Shown here one piece after another: positions 39,274 to 51,388 of a stretch of 64,000 nt of DNA. The stretch comes from Malacoraja senta (Eukaryota), in assembly GCA_038087875.1 (NCBI GenBank), contig CM075997.1, positions 3,040,001-3,104,000 of the forward strand, written 5' to 3'. The position numbers were made by a program, and so were the translations under genes. Each line of letters starts with the position of its first letter. Within the stretch, counting starts at the first letter, position 1. Under the pieces are notes generated by a model. The model searched no databases. It was not told the DNA's origin and worked only from the letters and a program-made list of their open reading frames with translations.

Positions 39274-39963
39274 CTGAAAAAAAAAAAAGAGCGGTCACTC
39301 AGAATGCAAGCCCAACATCAGAATATCTCAGAAAAACAAGAGACTGCAGATGCTGGAATCGTGAGCAAGAACAAATTGTTCGTGGTACTCGGCAGGTCAA
39401 GATAAAATCTTCCTTCTGCAGAATGAAGCTCATTAGCTCCAACATTCTTTCTCCGTCCAGAGGAACGGAGCCTCTATTTCTCTCAGTATTGCATTTAGTT
39501 ACACCTGCCACAGAGAACTAACAAGATACTGAGTAAATGTTCAAATATTTTGAAACATGTTTGCAACAGTGATTTTTATCTTTATTCAGCTGGCATTCTG
39601 TGAACAGTTTGTTTTAAATCCTTAAATGTGATCGTCAAAAACTGAACTCTGACTGCAAAGTCATTCAGAAACAACTACCTACCATGGACTCATTGTGCTG
39701 TGTGCATGCACTTGGCCACATGAATAAGTAGCCTAGATGAGGAAGTGAACGTGGGAATAGCATGCGATTATATAGGGTTAGGCTGATGGCAGTTGTCTAC
39801 GTTAGCCCGAGTTACAGCGCAGTAGTAGCTCCTTCAGAAGGCTTGCACTTGCCAACACTTAAGGTATGTCTTGTGCTTCTCCTTTGTAGCAGTCCCAAAT
39901 AGATTTGTTAATAATGTGTCATTACAAAACACCAACTCGTATGATTATTGCACGTGCCACATA

Positions 39964-41558
39964 CGGTGCCCGACAAAGACCCATCATTTATTTATTTGCC
40001 TATGTACTCCACAATTTGAGATTTGTAATAGAAAAAAATCACATGTGGTTAAAGTGCACACTGTCAGATCTTAATAAAGGTAATTTTTATACATTTTGGT
40101 TTCACCATGGAGAAATTTTCAGCTGTGTTTATACATAGTCCCCCCATTTCAGGGCACCATAATGCTTGGGACACATGGCTTCACAGGTGTGTTTAATTGC
40201 TCAGGTGTGTTTAAATGCCTCCTTCAGCACTTAGTCTTTCCTTAAGTCTTTCCATCACCGTTGGAAACTTTTATTGCTGTTTATCAACGTGAGGACCAAA
40301 GTTGTGCCAATGAAAGTCAAAGAAGCCATTATGAGACTGAGAAACAAGAATAAAACTGTTAGAGACATCAGCCAAACCTTAGGCTTACCAAAATCAACTG
40401 TGTGGAACATTATTCAGAAGAAAGAGAGCACTGGTGAGGTTACTAATCGCAAAGGGACTGCCAGGCCAAGGAAGACCTCCACAGCTGATGACAGAAGAAT
40501 TCTCTCTATAATAAAGAAAAATCCCCAAACACCTGTCCTACAGATCAGAAACATTCTTCAGAAGTCAGGTGTGGATTTGTCAATGACCACTGTCTGCAGA
40601 AAACTTCATGAACAGAAATACAGAGGCTACACTGCAAGATGCAAACCACTGGTTAGCTGCAAAAATAGGATGGCTGGGTTAGTTTGCTAAGAACTACCTA
40701 AAAGAGCAACCACAGTTCTGAAAAAGGTCTTGTGGACAGATGAGACGAAGATTAACCTATATCAGAGTGATGGCAAGAGCAAAGTATGGAGGAGAGAAGG
40801 AACTGCACAAAATCCAAAGCATACCACCTCATCTGTGAAACACGGTGGTGGGGGTGTTATGGCCTGGGCATGTATGGCTGCTGACGGTACTGGCTCACTT
40901 ATCTTCATTGATGCTACAACTGCTGATGGTAGTAGCATAATGAATTCTGAAATGTATAGACACATCCAATCAACTCAAGTTCAAACAAATGCCTCAAAAC
41001 TCATTGGCCGGCGGTTCATTCTACAGCAAGACAATGATCCCAAACATACTGCTAAAGCAACAAAGAAGTTTTTCAAAGCTAAAAAAGGGTCAATGCTTGA
41101 GTGGCCAGGTCAATCACCCGATCTGAACCCAATTGAGCATGCCTTTCATATGCTGAAGAGAAAACTGAAGGGGACTAGCCCCCAAAACAAGCATAAGCAT
41201 GGCTGCAATACAGACATCACCAGAGAAGACACCCAGCAACTGGTGATGTTCATGAATCGCAGACTTCAAGCAGTCATTGCATGCAAAGGATATGCAACAA
41301 AATACTAAACATGACTACTTTCATTTACACGACATTGCTGTGTCCCAAACATTATGGTGCCCTGAAATGGGGGGACTATGTATAAACACTGCTGCAATTT
41401 CGACATGGTGAAACCAAAATGTATATAAATGGCCTTAATTAAAATCTGACTGTATCACTTTAATCACGTGATTTTTTAATTACAAATCTCAGATTGTGGA
41501 GTCCAGAGGCAAATAAATAAATGATGGGTCTTTGTCCCAAACATTATGGAGGGCACTG
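39964..41558 (+). mobile_element. Tc1-family DNA transposon (DD34E), frameshifted transposase
   Basis: ~200-bp TIRs (right end ...AACATTATGGAGGGCACTG; left TIR has a small deletion); TA on both sides; ORFs 40274-40690 (HTH region) and 40730-41308 (WTDETK...QQDNDPKH...NPIEH, 34 residues between D and E). Confidence 0.95.
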
Positions 41559-41891
41559 TAGCTCCTTCAGAAGGCTTGCACTTGGGACAGGTCTTGTGCT
41601 TCTTCTTTGCAGCAGTCCCGAATAGATTTGTTAATAACGTCTCATTACGAAACACCAACTCGTATGATTATTGCACCATATGTACATACACATTATTGCC
41701 ACATATGTACATATACAGCCCACACACACGGGTTCACATGCATGAGCATAACGTTTAAGGTCATTGTGCACAAGTTCAACGTCGAAAACAGGCGTGGGCG
41801 TGGCACATGGTGGGCATAGAGAGAATTCAGCAAATGGTTTCAGCTTATGAACTTCCTAAGAGCGAAAGATGGAAGTACCAATAAATCTCAC

Positions 41892-41955
41892 CTCTTTCTC
41901 CAGATATGAAAAGACCGCTTCAGTTTCATTTAGCAGAGTCACACTGCATTTACCT
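41892..41955 (-). CDS. MTA1: MTA1 exon (BAH): GKCSVTLLNETEAVFSYLEKE
   Basis: 64 nt; ggcag acceptor, gtgaga donor; phase 2-0. Confidence 0.95.
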
Positions 41956-42329
41956 CTGCCAAGAAACAAGGAGACAACTTGTTAAATTTACGAGCACAGA
42001 AGTAGAAAAAAAACAGACTCTTAGGATACAGCAAGTTCTTTTGCCCTAAATCATGAACCGCCCAGTCAAATATGTCAATACAGTGAGTTAAATCTTACCC
42101 ATGTTATAAATACTGCCATTACAAGGGGATACCTTATTGTTTTATGGTAGGTTCAAGAGAATTGATGTTTGTGTTGCTCACGGCCATGACAATAAACAAT
42201 ATATCATTTGCCAGAAGGACAGAAGATGTGAAATATGGCTTTATCTGAGTTAAGAAATAATATTAAAAAATCAATGTTTTTCCTTGTCTCACCTGTTTCC
42301 TACAAACATAAAATAGTTATTTGAGACCA

Positions 42330-42620
42330 TTCAAGTTCAAGTGAGTTTATTGTCATGTGTCCCTGATAGGACAATGAAATTCTTGCTTGACTACAAGGCA
42401 TTCTATAAATATATACACACATGAATCAATATACTGATAAAGTGCAAATAACAGTATTGGCTAATAAAGTTCAGTGTTATGTCCGAGCCAGGTTTAATAG
42501 CCTGATGGCTGTGGGGAAGTAGCTATTCCTGAACCTGGTCGTTGCAGTCTTCAGGCTCCTGTACCTTCTACCTGAAGGTAGTAGGGAGATGAGTGTGTGG
42601 CCAGGATGGTGTGGGTCATT
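42330..42620 (-). mobile_element. Rex1/Babar-like LINE 3' fragment (approximate bounds)
   Basis: Minus-strand DPHHPGHTLISLLPSGRRYRSLKTATTRFRNSYFPTAIRLLN followed by a (CTTGAA) tail. Confidence 0.75.
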
Positions 42621-42658
42621 TACCACATAGTAAGACAAACTATGTTATAAATAAATAA

Positions 42659-42659
42659 A

Positions 42660-42702
<43 letters not shown>
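42659..42702. repeat. (TG)n(TA)n compound microsatellite
   Basis: Direct reading. Confidence 0.95.
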
Positions 42703-42707
<5 letters not shown>

Positions 42708-43281
42708 GAAAACAGTAATAGCATTACAAAATTGGAAAGAATGGTTTGAGAGTGAAACAAGAACCATATAAGAAATGTAAAACAAGATTAAGTTTAAAGA
42801 TTAGAAAGATTAAAGAACGTTTGAGGAAGGGTCTCGACCCGAAACGTCACCCACCAGAGATGCTGCCTGTCCCGCTGTGTTACTCCAGCTTTTTGGGTCT
42901 ATCTTAAGGTTAAAGAACACGTAGGAAAAATTGACTAATCGTTGAAGTAAGCCACCAGAGTTTCATTTGTTCCTTTTCTGAGCCAGGTTGCTTTACATGA
43001 ACGTTAATCTTACTATTAAAAATATTTTTTAATTTCTTAGTGCTGAAGTTGTTAAATAAGTAATATTAGCAAGGTGCAACCAGAAAATCAGATCAAAATT
43101 CTGCAGTCCTACCAATCCTGAATGGTGATGGGCAATTAAACGTGTAGGGGAGAGCAGTGGAATAAAGTTTCAGGAGCATTCCCACTCTCAACCAATTCAG
43201 GGGCCAGCCTGTAGGCACTAACCGGCTGAGGCATTCAGACAATATTCAGCCAGAAAGGCAAAAGAGATGAGCCATCCCAAG

Positions 43282-43640
43282 TTCATAAGTGAAAGGAGCA
43301 GAATTAGCCCATTCAGCCCATCAAGTCTACTCCACCGTTCAATCATGGTCAATCTATCTATCCCTCTCAACCCCGTTCTCTTGTCTTCTCCCCATAACCA
43401 CTGACACCCGTACTAATCAAGAATCTATCTCTCTATGCCTTAAAAATATCTATTGACTTGGCCTTCACAGCCTTCTGTGACAATGAATTCCACAGATTCA
43501 CCACCTTCTGATTTAAGATATTCCTGCTCATATCCTTCCTAAAGGAACGCCCTTTAATTCTGAGGATGTGGCTGGTCCTAGACTCTCCCACTAGTGGAAA
43601 AATCCTCTCCACGCCCACTCTATGCAGGCCTTTCACTATC
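43282..43640 (-). mobile_element. CR1 LINE 3' fragment
   Basis: ORF 43433-43636 KGLHRVGVERIFPLVGESRT...VVNLWNSL followed by 3' UTR. Confidence 0.85.
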
Positions 43641-44086
43641 CCGACTTCCTTCTGAGAACCCCAGCATCACAGAAGCCATTTGCCGGCCAATCTGATTCAA
43701 GGGTGAGAACACTGGATACAGCAACGGTTACTGGGACAGCCAATAAGCTAGCTGCAGTACAGAGACTTGCTCCCCAAAACTAGTACACCACTAGATAAGC
43801 CGCTCTGGTATAGTTATCCGTAGATACCAGAGTCAAGGGGGAGGCTGCCCACACTGGTCCTGTAAATGCTATACACAATGGTAACAGAGTTTAGCTTTCA
43901 TTGACTCAGGAAAGTAATGGAGTATTGGAATAATTCACGTTTTATCTTTTTACACAATACTCTAGCTGCAACAAGAATTTCTGCCTACATCAAAAGGACT
44001 TGATATTTAAGCTCAGCTCCCAAAAGGAAGCTTCAGGAACAAGGTTTGGCATTTTTCTCATAAAAATTATACAAGAATTTGGTTAC

Positions 44087-44225
44087 CTTATGTGCGTTGC
44101 TGGTAAAGACTCAAGTTGCCGTGATAGAAACAGCTCTCGATGTTTCAACTGGTGTTGCTGCTTTTCCGTCAACTGCTGCGTGTTGTCCGTGTCTGTTTCC
44201 GTTTCCATTTCCTCCTCCAGCTCTT
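44087..44225 (-). CDS. MTA1: MTA1 exon (BAH): [47 protein letters not shown]
   Basis: 139 nt; ctgtag acceptor, gtaacc donor; phase 1-2. Confidence 0.95.
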
Positions 44226-44575
44226 CTACAGTTTAAAAGAAAAGTTACATCGGCTGCTACCGCACATAGAGTGCTTGAAAGTGTAGGAAGGAACTGCAGA
44301 TGCTAGTTTGAATTGAAGATAGACACAAAAAGCTGAAGAAGCCTTCTGAAGAAGGGTCTCAACTTGAAACGTCACCTATACCTTTTCTCCAGAGATGCTG
44401 TCTGACCCGCTGAGTTACTCCAGCTTTTTGTGTCTATCTCCAAGTTCTTGAAAATGCTTGACAATGACATACTGTATGCACCTGAGGAAGATACCAGAGA
44501 AAAATACTTCAGGGCACGGAACAAAAGACAAGAGCAAATCCCCAGTCATATTTGGAGCTTCCCAGTGGACATTAA

Positions 44576-44969
44576 AGGGCCTGTCCCACAGGCGATTTTT
44601 TAGGCGACTAGGCTCTCGCCGCATGGTCGCAGCGGTGTCGCCTGTATGGTCGTGAGTAGTCTGCTCAGTCACCCAAAGATTCGTAGCGTTTTACTAGTCA
44701 CAGCTGGATTTTGAAATGTTCAAAACTTTTCGGCAAGTCGGCAACCGTGGGCTTATCTAAGCTTGTCTTCTCCTGACATAGGTGCTGTCGTAGGTTGTCG
44801 CCAGGATGACGTAGGTTGTCGCCGGTGCTGACTTTGGTGAATTCCATTGTCGTAGTTGCCGGCAGTCGCCTAAAAAATCGCCTAAGTGGGACAGGCCCAT
44901 AAGTCCAGTTTTTCAGCGACCTGCTACGACTATGACAGTCACCAGCAGTCGCCTAGTGGGACGGGCCCT
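44576..44969. mobile_element. PIF/Harbinger-like MITE with a second right-end TIR
   Basis: Left TAA|AGGGCCTGTCCCAC; right ends at 44899|TAA and again at 44969|TAA. Confidence 0.75.
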
Positions 44970-45500
44970 TAACGATTCCCATCACTTGGCAGTTCTACAA
45001 ACGATGGACATACTGAAATTAAACCAACCCAGGGCATGCTCACAATATCACGCATTTCTCACAATACAAGTACGGGAAATTTTAGACTAGAAGCGCAAGC
45101 TTGCTTCAACAAGTACCTTCACTGACGCATGCCATGTACAGGAATAAATCAGGATGAGCTCACTTTTGGGAAAGTGATAGTTCTCAAGAGGCAGCCACCA
45201 AAAAAAGACCTCAATAACCTGAAAACACATGTCTAACTGAAAGCTCTATTTTCAATGTTCTGATGGATGTCCATCGTTAGATGAGAAACCTGTGTTGCTC
45301 AGTTAAGATAGAATACACTCAATTAAAATTAGCTAAGTACATGATGCAGTGCTTTCAGTGCTATCACCAGCTTTTAGAGTTTAAAAATCCTATTCAAAGG
45401 GAAAAAAATTAAGCCTTTCATCCTTCCATAATTCATTATTTTTTGTTAGATCCCAACTATTAAACTTCCTAAATATACGCAATCACACAAAGTTTCATTT

Positions 45501-45572
45501 GGCAACGTAACAGGATGGATAATACAGGAAATAAACAGGCAACGTAACAGGATGGATAATACAGGAAATAAA
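45501..45572. repeat. Tandem duplication, 35-bp unit (period 37)
   Basis: GGCAACGTAACAGGATGGATAATACAGGAAATAAA at 45501-45535 and 45538-45572. Confidence 0.95.
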
Positions 45573-46699
45573 ATATGGAAGGGCTGGCCTTTGAGGTTGT
45601 GCAAATTTTCATCTGCATCTAAATCATATTACCCCTGGATTTGGTTCATGTTGATTCACTCACAACCAGCTTGGAGTGAAGTTAAGACGACCATTCCTCC
45701 CAACACCATCCATCCCCTTTGCCATGCTTGTGCATAGTGTATATTGGTGGTGGTAGGGACTAGCACACAATATTTCTTCTGTACCCCCACCCCACAATAC
45801 ATTTAGGAGCTCCAATTCCAATCCGGACCAGAGATAATTTGTGTAGGAAAGAACTGCAGAAGATGGTTTACACCGAAGATAGACACAAAATGCTGGAGTA
45901 ACTCAGTGGGACAGGCAGCATCTCAGGATAGAAGGAATGGGTGACATTTCGGGTTGAGACCTTTCTGAAGAATTCCTTCTATCCAAAGATGCTGCCAGGC
46001 CTGCTGAGCTACTCCAGCATTTTGTGTCCATCCCCGAGATAATTTTGCCATTTCTGGCTGCACCATTAGGATGCATCAGACTGAGGAATGGGGAGATAGA
46101 GTATACACAAAATCAGTCCGAAATTCAGTGAATGAAAGGAACAGAAGGTGGCTGCTCAGTTCTTGGAAGCCTATCTGTGATTTAAACAAATCGTGTTTGA
46201 TGGCAATTTGAACTCCATATATTTAACCAATAAAAATCTACCACACACAGTCTGAAACATTGTGAAGCACAGTTAAGATTTCCAATTTTTCTTTCAAATA
46301 GTGTGCTTCCCGATTTCATTCTTAAAATTGCTTGGTTTTGATTCCTTGCTGAGGACAAAGTTTTCCATTGCAACTCTTAAGAATCTTTGTAACATTTAAA
46401 CACATTACCTGATCACTACTCAACCCTCTCAATTCAAGTGAATACAGGTCAGGTTTCAGTCATCTACCTTCATAATGTAACTCTTAAATTAACATCATTC
46501 TGGTTACCCAGAAATCAAATGAAGGTCAACCTATATTGATAGCTCAGAGGCTTTTATTTTGCTAATGTGCAATTTTAATTCCAGCAGTAAAAATACCGAT
46601 CGAAAAAGTCTGAAATACGGCATGCGATCAAGAAAGTAAGGACAACGGTGACTTTAGCAAAGCTTAAAACAGGTCACATGTTTTTTTTTAAACTGTCGA

Positions 46700-47346
46700 T
46701 GTTTATTTCGATTGAAAGGTGAGGCACAAGACAGGATGACAGAAAACAGTTGAATTTTACACTTTGAGCCAGATTGCATTGGTAAAGACAGTTATTATAG
46801 AAGCACAAGGAATCTGTGGTGTTTACACTGAGGCAAGTATACAAGAGGACAAGACACAATCGGACGAGGAAGCAGATCTACACTGTGCACGATTAAATGA
46901 CCAACTCTTGCAAACACCAGGCAAATAGCAGAAAAGGCCAGAATTATTACGCGCAAGGTGGATTGACAGGAAGTAAAAAGAAGCAAGTGCAGAAAACCCA
47001 GAAGGGCTACTCATGGGAACCCGATTACTTGATCTATGCTGCAGGTTAATTCTAAAGCAAGACAAATTCCCCGCAGATCTCGACAAGAACAGAATCCCAT
47101 TGTGCAGACTTTTATGTCACAGATACTGTGGTGTATGTAAATAGAAATGGTATTACCTGCCTCCAAGTTAAAGGGGGAGGAGTGTTAGGCATGTGATATA
47201 ATTAGCATATGTGATGTCTTGTGCAAGGACACATGCGCGAGGGAGACTCAAGCTGGCGTCCTGGAATAAAGAAGCTTGTTAGTTTACTCCCGTGTCCGAG
47301 CCTTATTTTAAGTCTGTTCCAAGCACCCAAATACACAATAGATACA
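46700..47346 (+). mobile_element. Gypsy-like LTR retrotransposon 3' remnant (decayed pol end, PPT, short LTR)
   Basis: Polypurine tract AAAGGGGGAGGAG (47170-47182) directly before TGTT...; AATAAA at 47265-47270; CA ends at 47337 or 47346; upstream PRRS-R-like pol C-terminal remnant. Confidence 0.6.
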
Positions 47347-47982
47347 CTGTGCAATTTTTTCGTTTGGTTCAGAGTAAAAGAAAACGTTGCCGCCATCTAC
47401 ACATAAACCAAAAATTGTCGAGGACAACTTGTGAGAGCTGACAATACTCACCGACTTTAGGCAGCGTTTCTTGTGGAACATCAGGGACTTCAGCTGATAG
47501 TGTCGGATCACAATTATCCAACTCTTGACCTGCACAAGTCGGTGGGAAATGAACAATTAACAAATCACAAAACACTATTTACTATCTCGTACTTTAATCA
47601 AACTTCAAATGGTGCGCTCAGTCTTGAAAGTGCAAATAATTCAACAGGAGGGCCTCAACTTACCCTGGTGGTCCTGAAAGTAAGAACCTGAAGGATCTTA
47701 AAAAATGCACAGAGTCTGGTTCAAAACCAAGTTAATAATTTTCACTTGAAGAACTTAGTTAAGTTCTTGAGGATGGCCTCAGAACATGCTGCCACATGGA
47801 TGGCACTACCAAGAAAGCTCCTCAGTCTGTTTGTGTTTAATGGGGGTGGGGGTGTTTTACAAAAATAAGCTGAGTAACCATGTTTGCTGTTCCTATGTAG
47901 CATACGGAGTTTTTATTGAAGGCAGCAAAAGTTACACACTCACTGGTAAGTTAACCAAGTAAACTGTTATGTGTGACCCTTA

Positions 47983-48309
47983 AGGGCCTGTCCCACACGT
48001 GATTTTTTTGGCGACTGCCGGCACCCGTCATAGTCGCAGCAGGTGGCCGAAAATTTCCAACATGTTGAAAATCCAGCAGCGACCAGAAAAAGGTACGACT
48101 CTTTGGGCGACCACTCACCACCATACAGGCGTCAACCCTCGACATGTCGACACGTGACGCCTGTATGGTCGGGAGTAGTCGCCCAAAGAGTCGTACCTTT
48201 TTCTGGTCGCCGCTGGATTTTCAACATGTTGAACATTTTCGGCCACCTGCTGCGACTATGACGGGTGCCGGCAGACGCCGAAAAAAATTGCGTAAGTGGG
48301 ACAGGGCCT
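47983..48309. mobile_element. PIF/Harbinger-like palindromic MITE (same family as 33451-33767)
   Basis: TSD TTA (47980-47982, 48310-48312); near-perfect palindrome about CGACATGTCG. Confidence 0.85.
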
Positions 48310-49450
48310 TTACCAGTGAGTGTGTAACTTTTACCAAAGAGTAGGCTTCCAGACTTCATGAAAGTACATCGTAAAGAGAGAAAAATGGGATCAAGCCAAA
48401 TTATGCTTCAGCTTGTACAGAAGGTGTTTTCAAATGGATCAATCTATAAAATGGAAGTGGTCCATTCCGCTAGGACTTCGAAGCCATCTACTCCTAGCTG
48501 GAAGCAGTAATATTTAAGAGTGCCAAAAACATCACACCTTGTGGCTAACCCGTGGTGTAGTTAGATTTGTACAATGCAAGGAACTCATGGCAATAATACT
48601 GAACTTTCCTCAGGAGAGACTTTAAGACTTTTGCCTCCATCACAGTGAGGAGGGGCCTGGTGAACTCACTGTGGTGGATGTCAATTTGTGTTTATTGTGT
48701 GTTTTGTTATTTATTATTATATGTATGACTGCAGGCAACAAAATTTCGTTCAGACCGAAAGGTCAGAATGACAAATAAAGGAATCTCGAATCTCGAGGTC
48801 CTCCACTCAACTGACATTCAAAGAAGCTTACTGGTGCATGTTGCTCTGGCAGTCATTCACTCCGCCCTTTCATCACTAAACTATACGCCTTATTTTCACA
48901 AAAGGCAAGGATGGTTTGTAAGGTCTCTCTCTCTCTCTCTCTCTCTGGCAGTTTTTAATCTGTCTGAAACCAAGCCAGTCCTACCATACTGGTTGGCAAA
49001 CTGCCAGGTCTATCCCCAAAACTCCAGAGATATTATCACATGATCTCTGCCCGTGTAATCAAAGGGAATGCAATAAGAACAACAAAATAAGCTTCTCCGT
49101 TCCCTCCGAACAACAGCACCAGCTGCCAGCGGTCCTGCAGGCAGCCATGTTAAGCAGATAGAACCAGACAAATAAAAGCTTACAATTGACAAGCAACTAG
49201 CCAGTTCCAGATCTCCACACCAAAACTAACTCTTTAGTTTATTAATAAAAGATAGTCTAGATGCTGGTACACATAACAGAGCTGCGACACCAATTGCCAC
49301 CCTTTTAACCCAGCAATTGTGGGTAAAACAAAGCAATAATTCAAAGCTTCATCACCAATTAAACTACTGGTATCGGAAGCTGTTAATAAAATTATTTCTC
49401 CTGCCATAATGCTTTGGTACCGGCCTGGCTTTGATATTTATGGCTAAATC

Positions 49451-49718
49451 TAGTTTAGTTTAGTTTAGAGATACAGCACGGAAACAGGCTCTTCAGCCCA
49501 TGGAGTCCACCAGCAATCCCCGTACACTAACACCATCTTACAAACTAGGTACAAAGTACAATTTTTACCAATGGCAATTAACCTTCAAACCTGTACGTCT
49601 TTGGAGTGTGGGAGAATACAGAGCACCTAGGGTCACAGACAGCACACGTGGTCAGGATTGAACCCGGGTCTCTGGCGCTATAAAGCAGCAACTCTACCGC
49701 TGCGCCACCGTGCCACCC
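49451..49718 (-). mobile_element. HE1-like tRNA-derived SINE
   Basis: Reverse-strand A/B boxes and (TAAAC)n tail. Confidence 0.82.
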
Positions 49719-50229
49719 TAGTTAGTTAAGATGTTACGTTACCAACTAATTACATAACAGCTACAACCCAAAACCATTTCAAAATTGAAATCCAGGCCCA
49801 AGAGCTGAATGAGGAAATAAAGCTAAAAGAACACTTCAACTTGTGTAATATCTTCACAGTAGTAATACATTATAGGATGCTTCAAAAGAGGTGTTCACAA
49901 AATAACCGCCACAAGGTAAAATCAAGATAAATAATCTTCATGCTTACATAAAGAGATATGTTTTATGAATATTATAATGTCCTTTCCTATCAATACACAA
50001 CGTCAATATCGACCTAAACACCTGATACAAAAATAGAAAATGCTAGAAATATTCAGAACAGATATATCTGTGGAAAGAGAAATAGAATTAATATTTCAGG
50101 TCAATTACATTTTCCAGTACGAGTCACGTTCACTAACATCCTTAAGGAAAGAGAATATAACATCCTTAACTTATAGGCAGTACGGTGGCGTAGCGATAGA
50201 GAGTTGCGCCAGAGAAACTGAGTGTTGAG

Positions 50230-50930
50230 TGGGAGAAAGGGGAGGGAGAAGGTATCCAAAATTGGAGGATTCAAATGGTCATACCGTTGAGTTGTAAACT
50301 ACCCGTGCAGAATATGAGGTGCTATTTCATCCACTTTGCATTGCATGTGGCCTCACTCACAATGGAGGAGGCCCAGGGCAGAAAGGTCAGTAAGGGAATG
50401 GGAAGGGGCATTAGAATGGTTAGCAACTGGGAGATCCAGTAGGCCTTGACGGACCGAGCATAAGTGTTCAGTAAAATGATCACTGTGTCTATGCTTGGTC
50501 TCGCCAATGTTCAGGAGGCCACATGGGGAAAACCGGATGCATTTGAGGTTAGAGGTGTATGTGAACCTGTCTCAATTGGAAGGACTGCTGGGTCCCTGGG
50601 TGGAGTCAAGGGAGGAGGTTACATTTCCTCTGGTTACAGGGAAAAGTACCTAGAGAGGCGGTGGTTTTGGTGCGACGGGACGAGTGAACCAAGGAGTTGT
50701 GGAGGGAACGGTCTCTGCGGAAGGCGGAACGGAGTGGAGATGGGAAGATACGAGTAGTGGTGGGATCATGTTGGACGTGATGGCAAGTGTCGGAGGATAA
50801 GGTACGGATGCGGAGGCTGGTGGGTTGAAAGGAGAGGACCAGGGGAACTCTGGCCTTGTTGCATCTGGGGGACAGGGAGCTAGAGCAGAACTCCGCAACA
50901 CAGAAGAGACGCGGGTGACCAATCTTCAGT
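50230..50930 (-). mobile_element. Penelope-like element fragment (RT-endonuclease linker, degenerate GIY-YIG region; approximate bounds)
   Basis: NKARVPLVLSFQP...IFPSPLRSAFRRDRSLHNSLVHS...GTFPCNQRKC, homologous to 59208-60192. Confidence 0.8.
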
Positions 50931-50977
50931 TTTTGTAGTGGGAATAAACACTGTAACTCAAAGAATACAGAATGCAA

Positions 50978-51388
50978 GGTAGACAAAAATACTGTAGAAA
51001 CTCAGCGGGTGAGGCAGCATCCATGGAGCGAAGGAAATAGGCAACGTTTCGGGCCTAAGCCCTTCTTCACACTGATGTGAGGGTGGGGGCGGGAAGAAGA
51101 AAGGAAGAGGGGGAGCCAGTGGGCTGAGGGAGAGCGGAGAAGGGGAGGAGAAAGTCATATTTCGCTTGGGCAGTTTGCACTCCAGCGGTATGAACATTGA
51201 CTTCTCTAATTTCAGGTAGTCCTTACTTTCTCCTCCCCTTCTCAGCTCTCCCTCAGCCCACTGGCTCCACCTCTTCCTTTCTTCTTCCCCCCACCCTCAC
51301 ATCAGTCTGAAGATGGGTTTCGGCCCAAAACGTTGCCCATTTCCTTCGCTCCATAGATGCAGCCAGCATCTGCAGTTCCTTCTTAAAC
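50978..51388. mobile_element. Penelope-like 3' end preceded by an inverted pseudo-LTR copy
   Basis: Inverted arms; perfect 16-bp TSD AGAATACAGAATGCAA (50962-50977, 51389-51404). Confidence 0.8.

Noticed and set aside
40274..41308. Active or domesticated transposase
   Set aside because: Broken by a frameshift and stops near 40690-40721 and apparently deleted near the C-terminus.
49010..49192. Possible homologue of the human MTA1 alternative BAH-insert exon (..PAGPLAAG..)
   Set aside because: No convincing donor site and only superficial peptide similarity.
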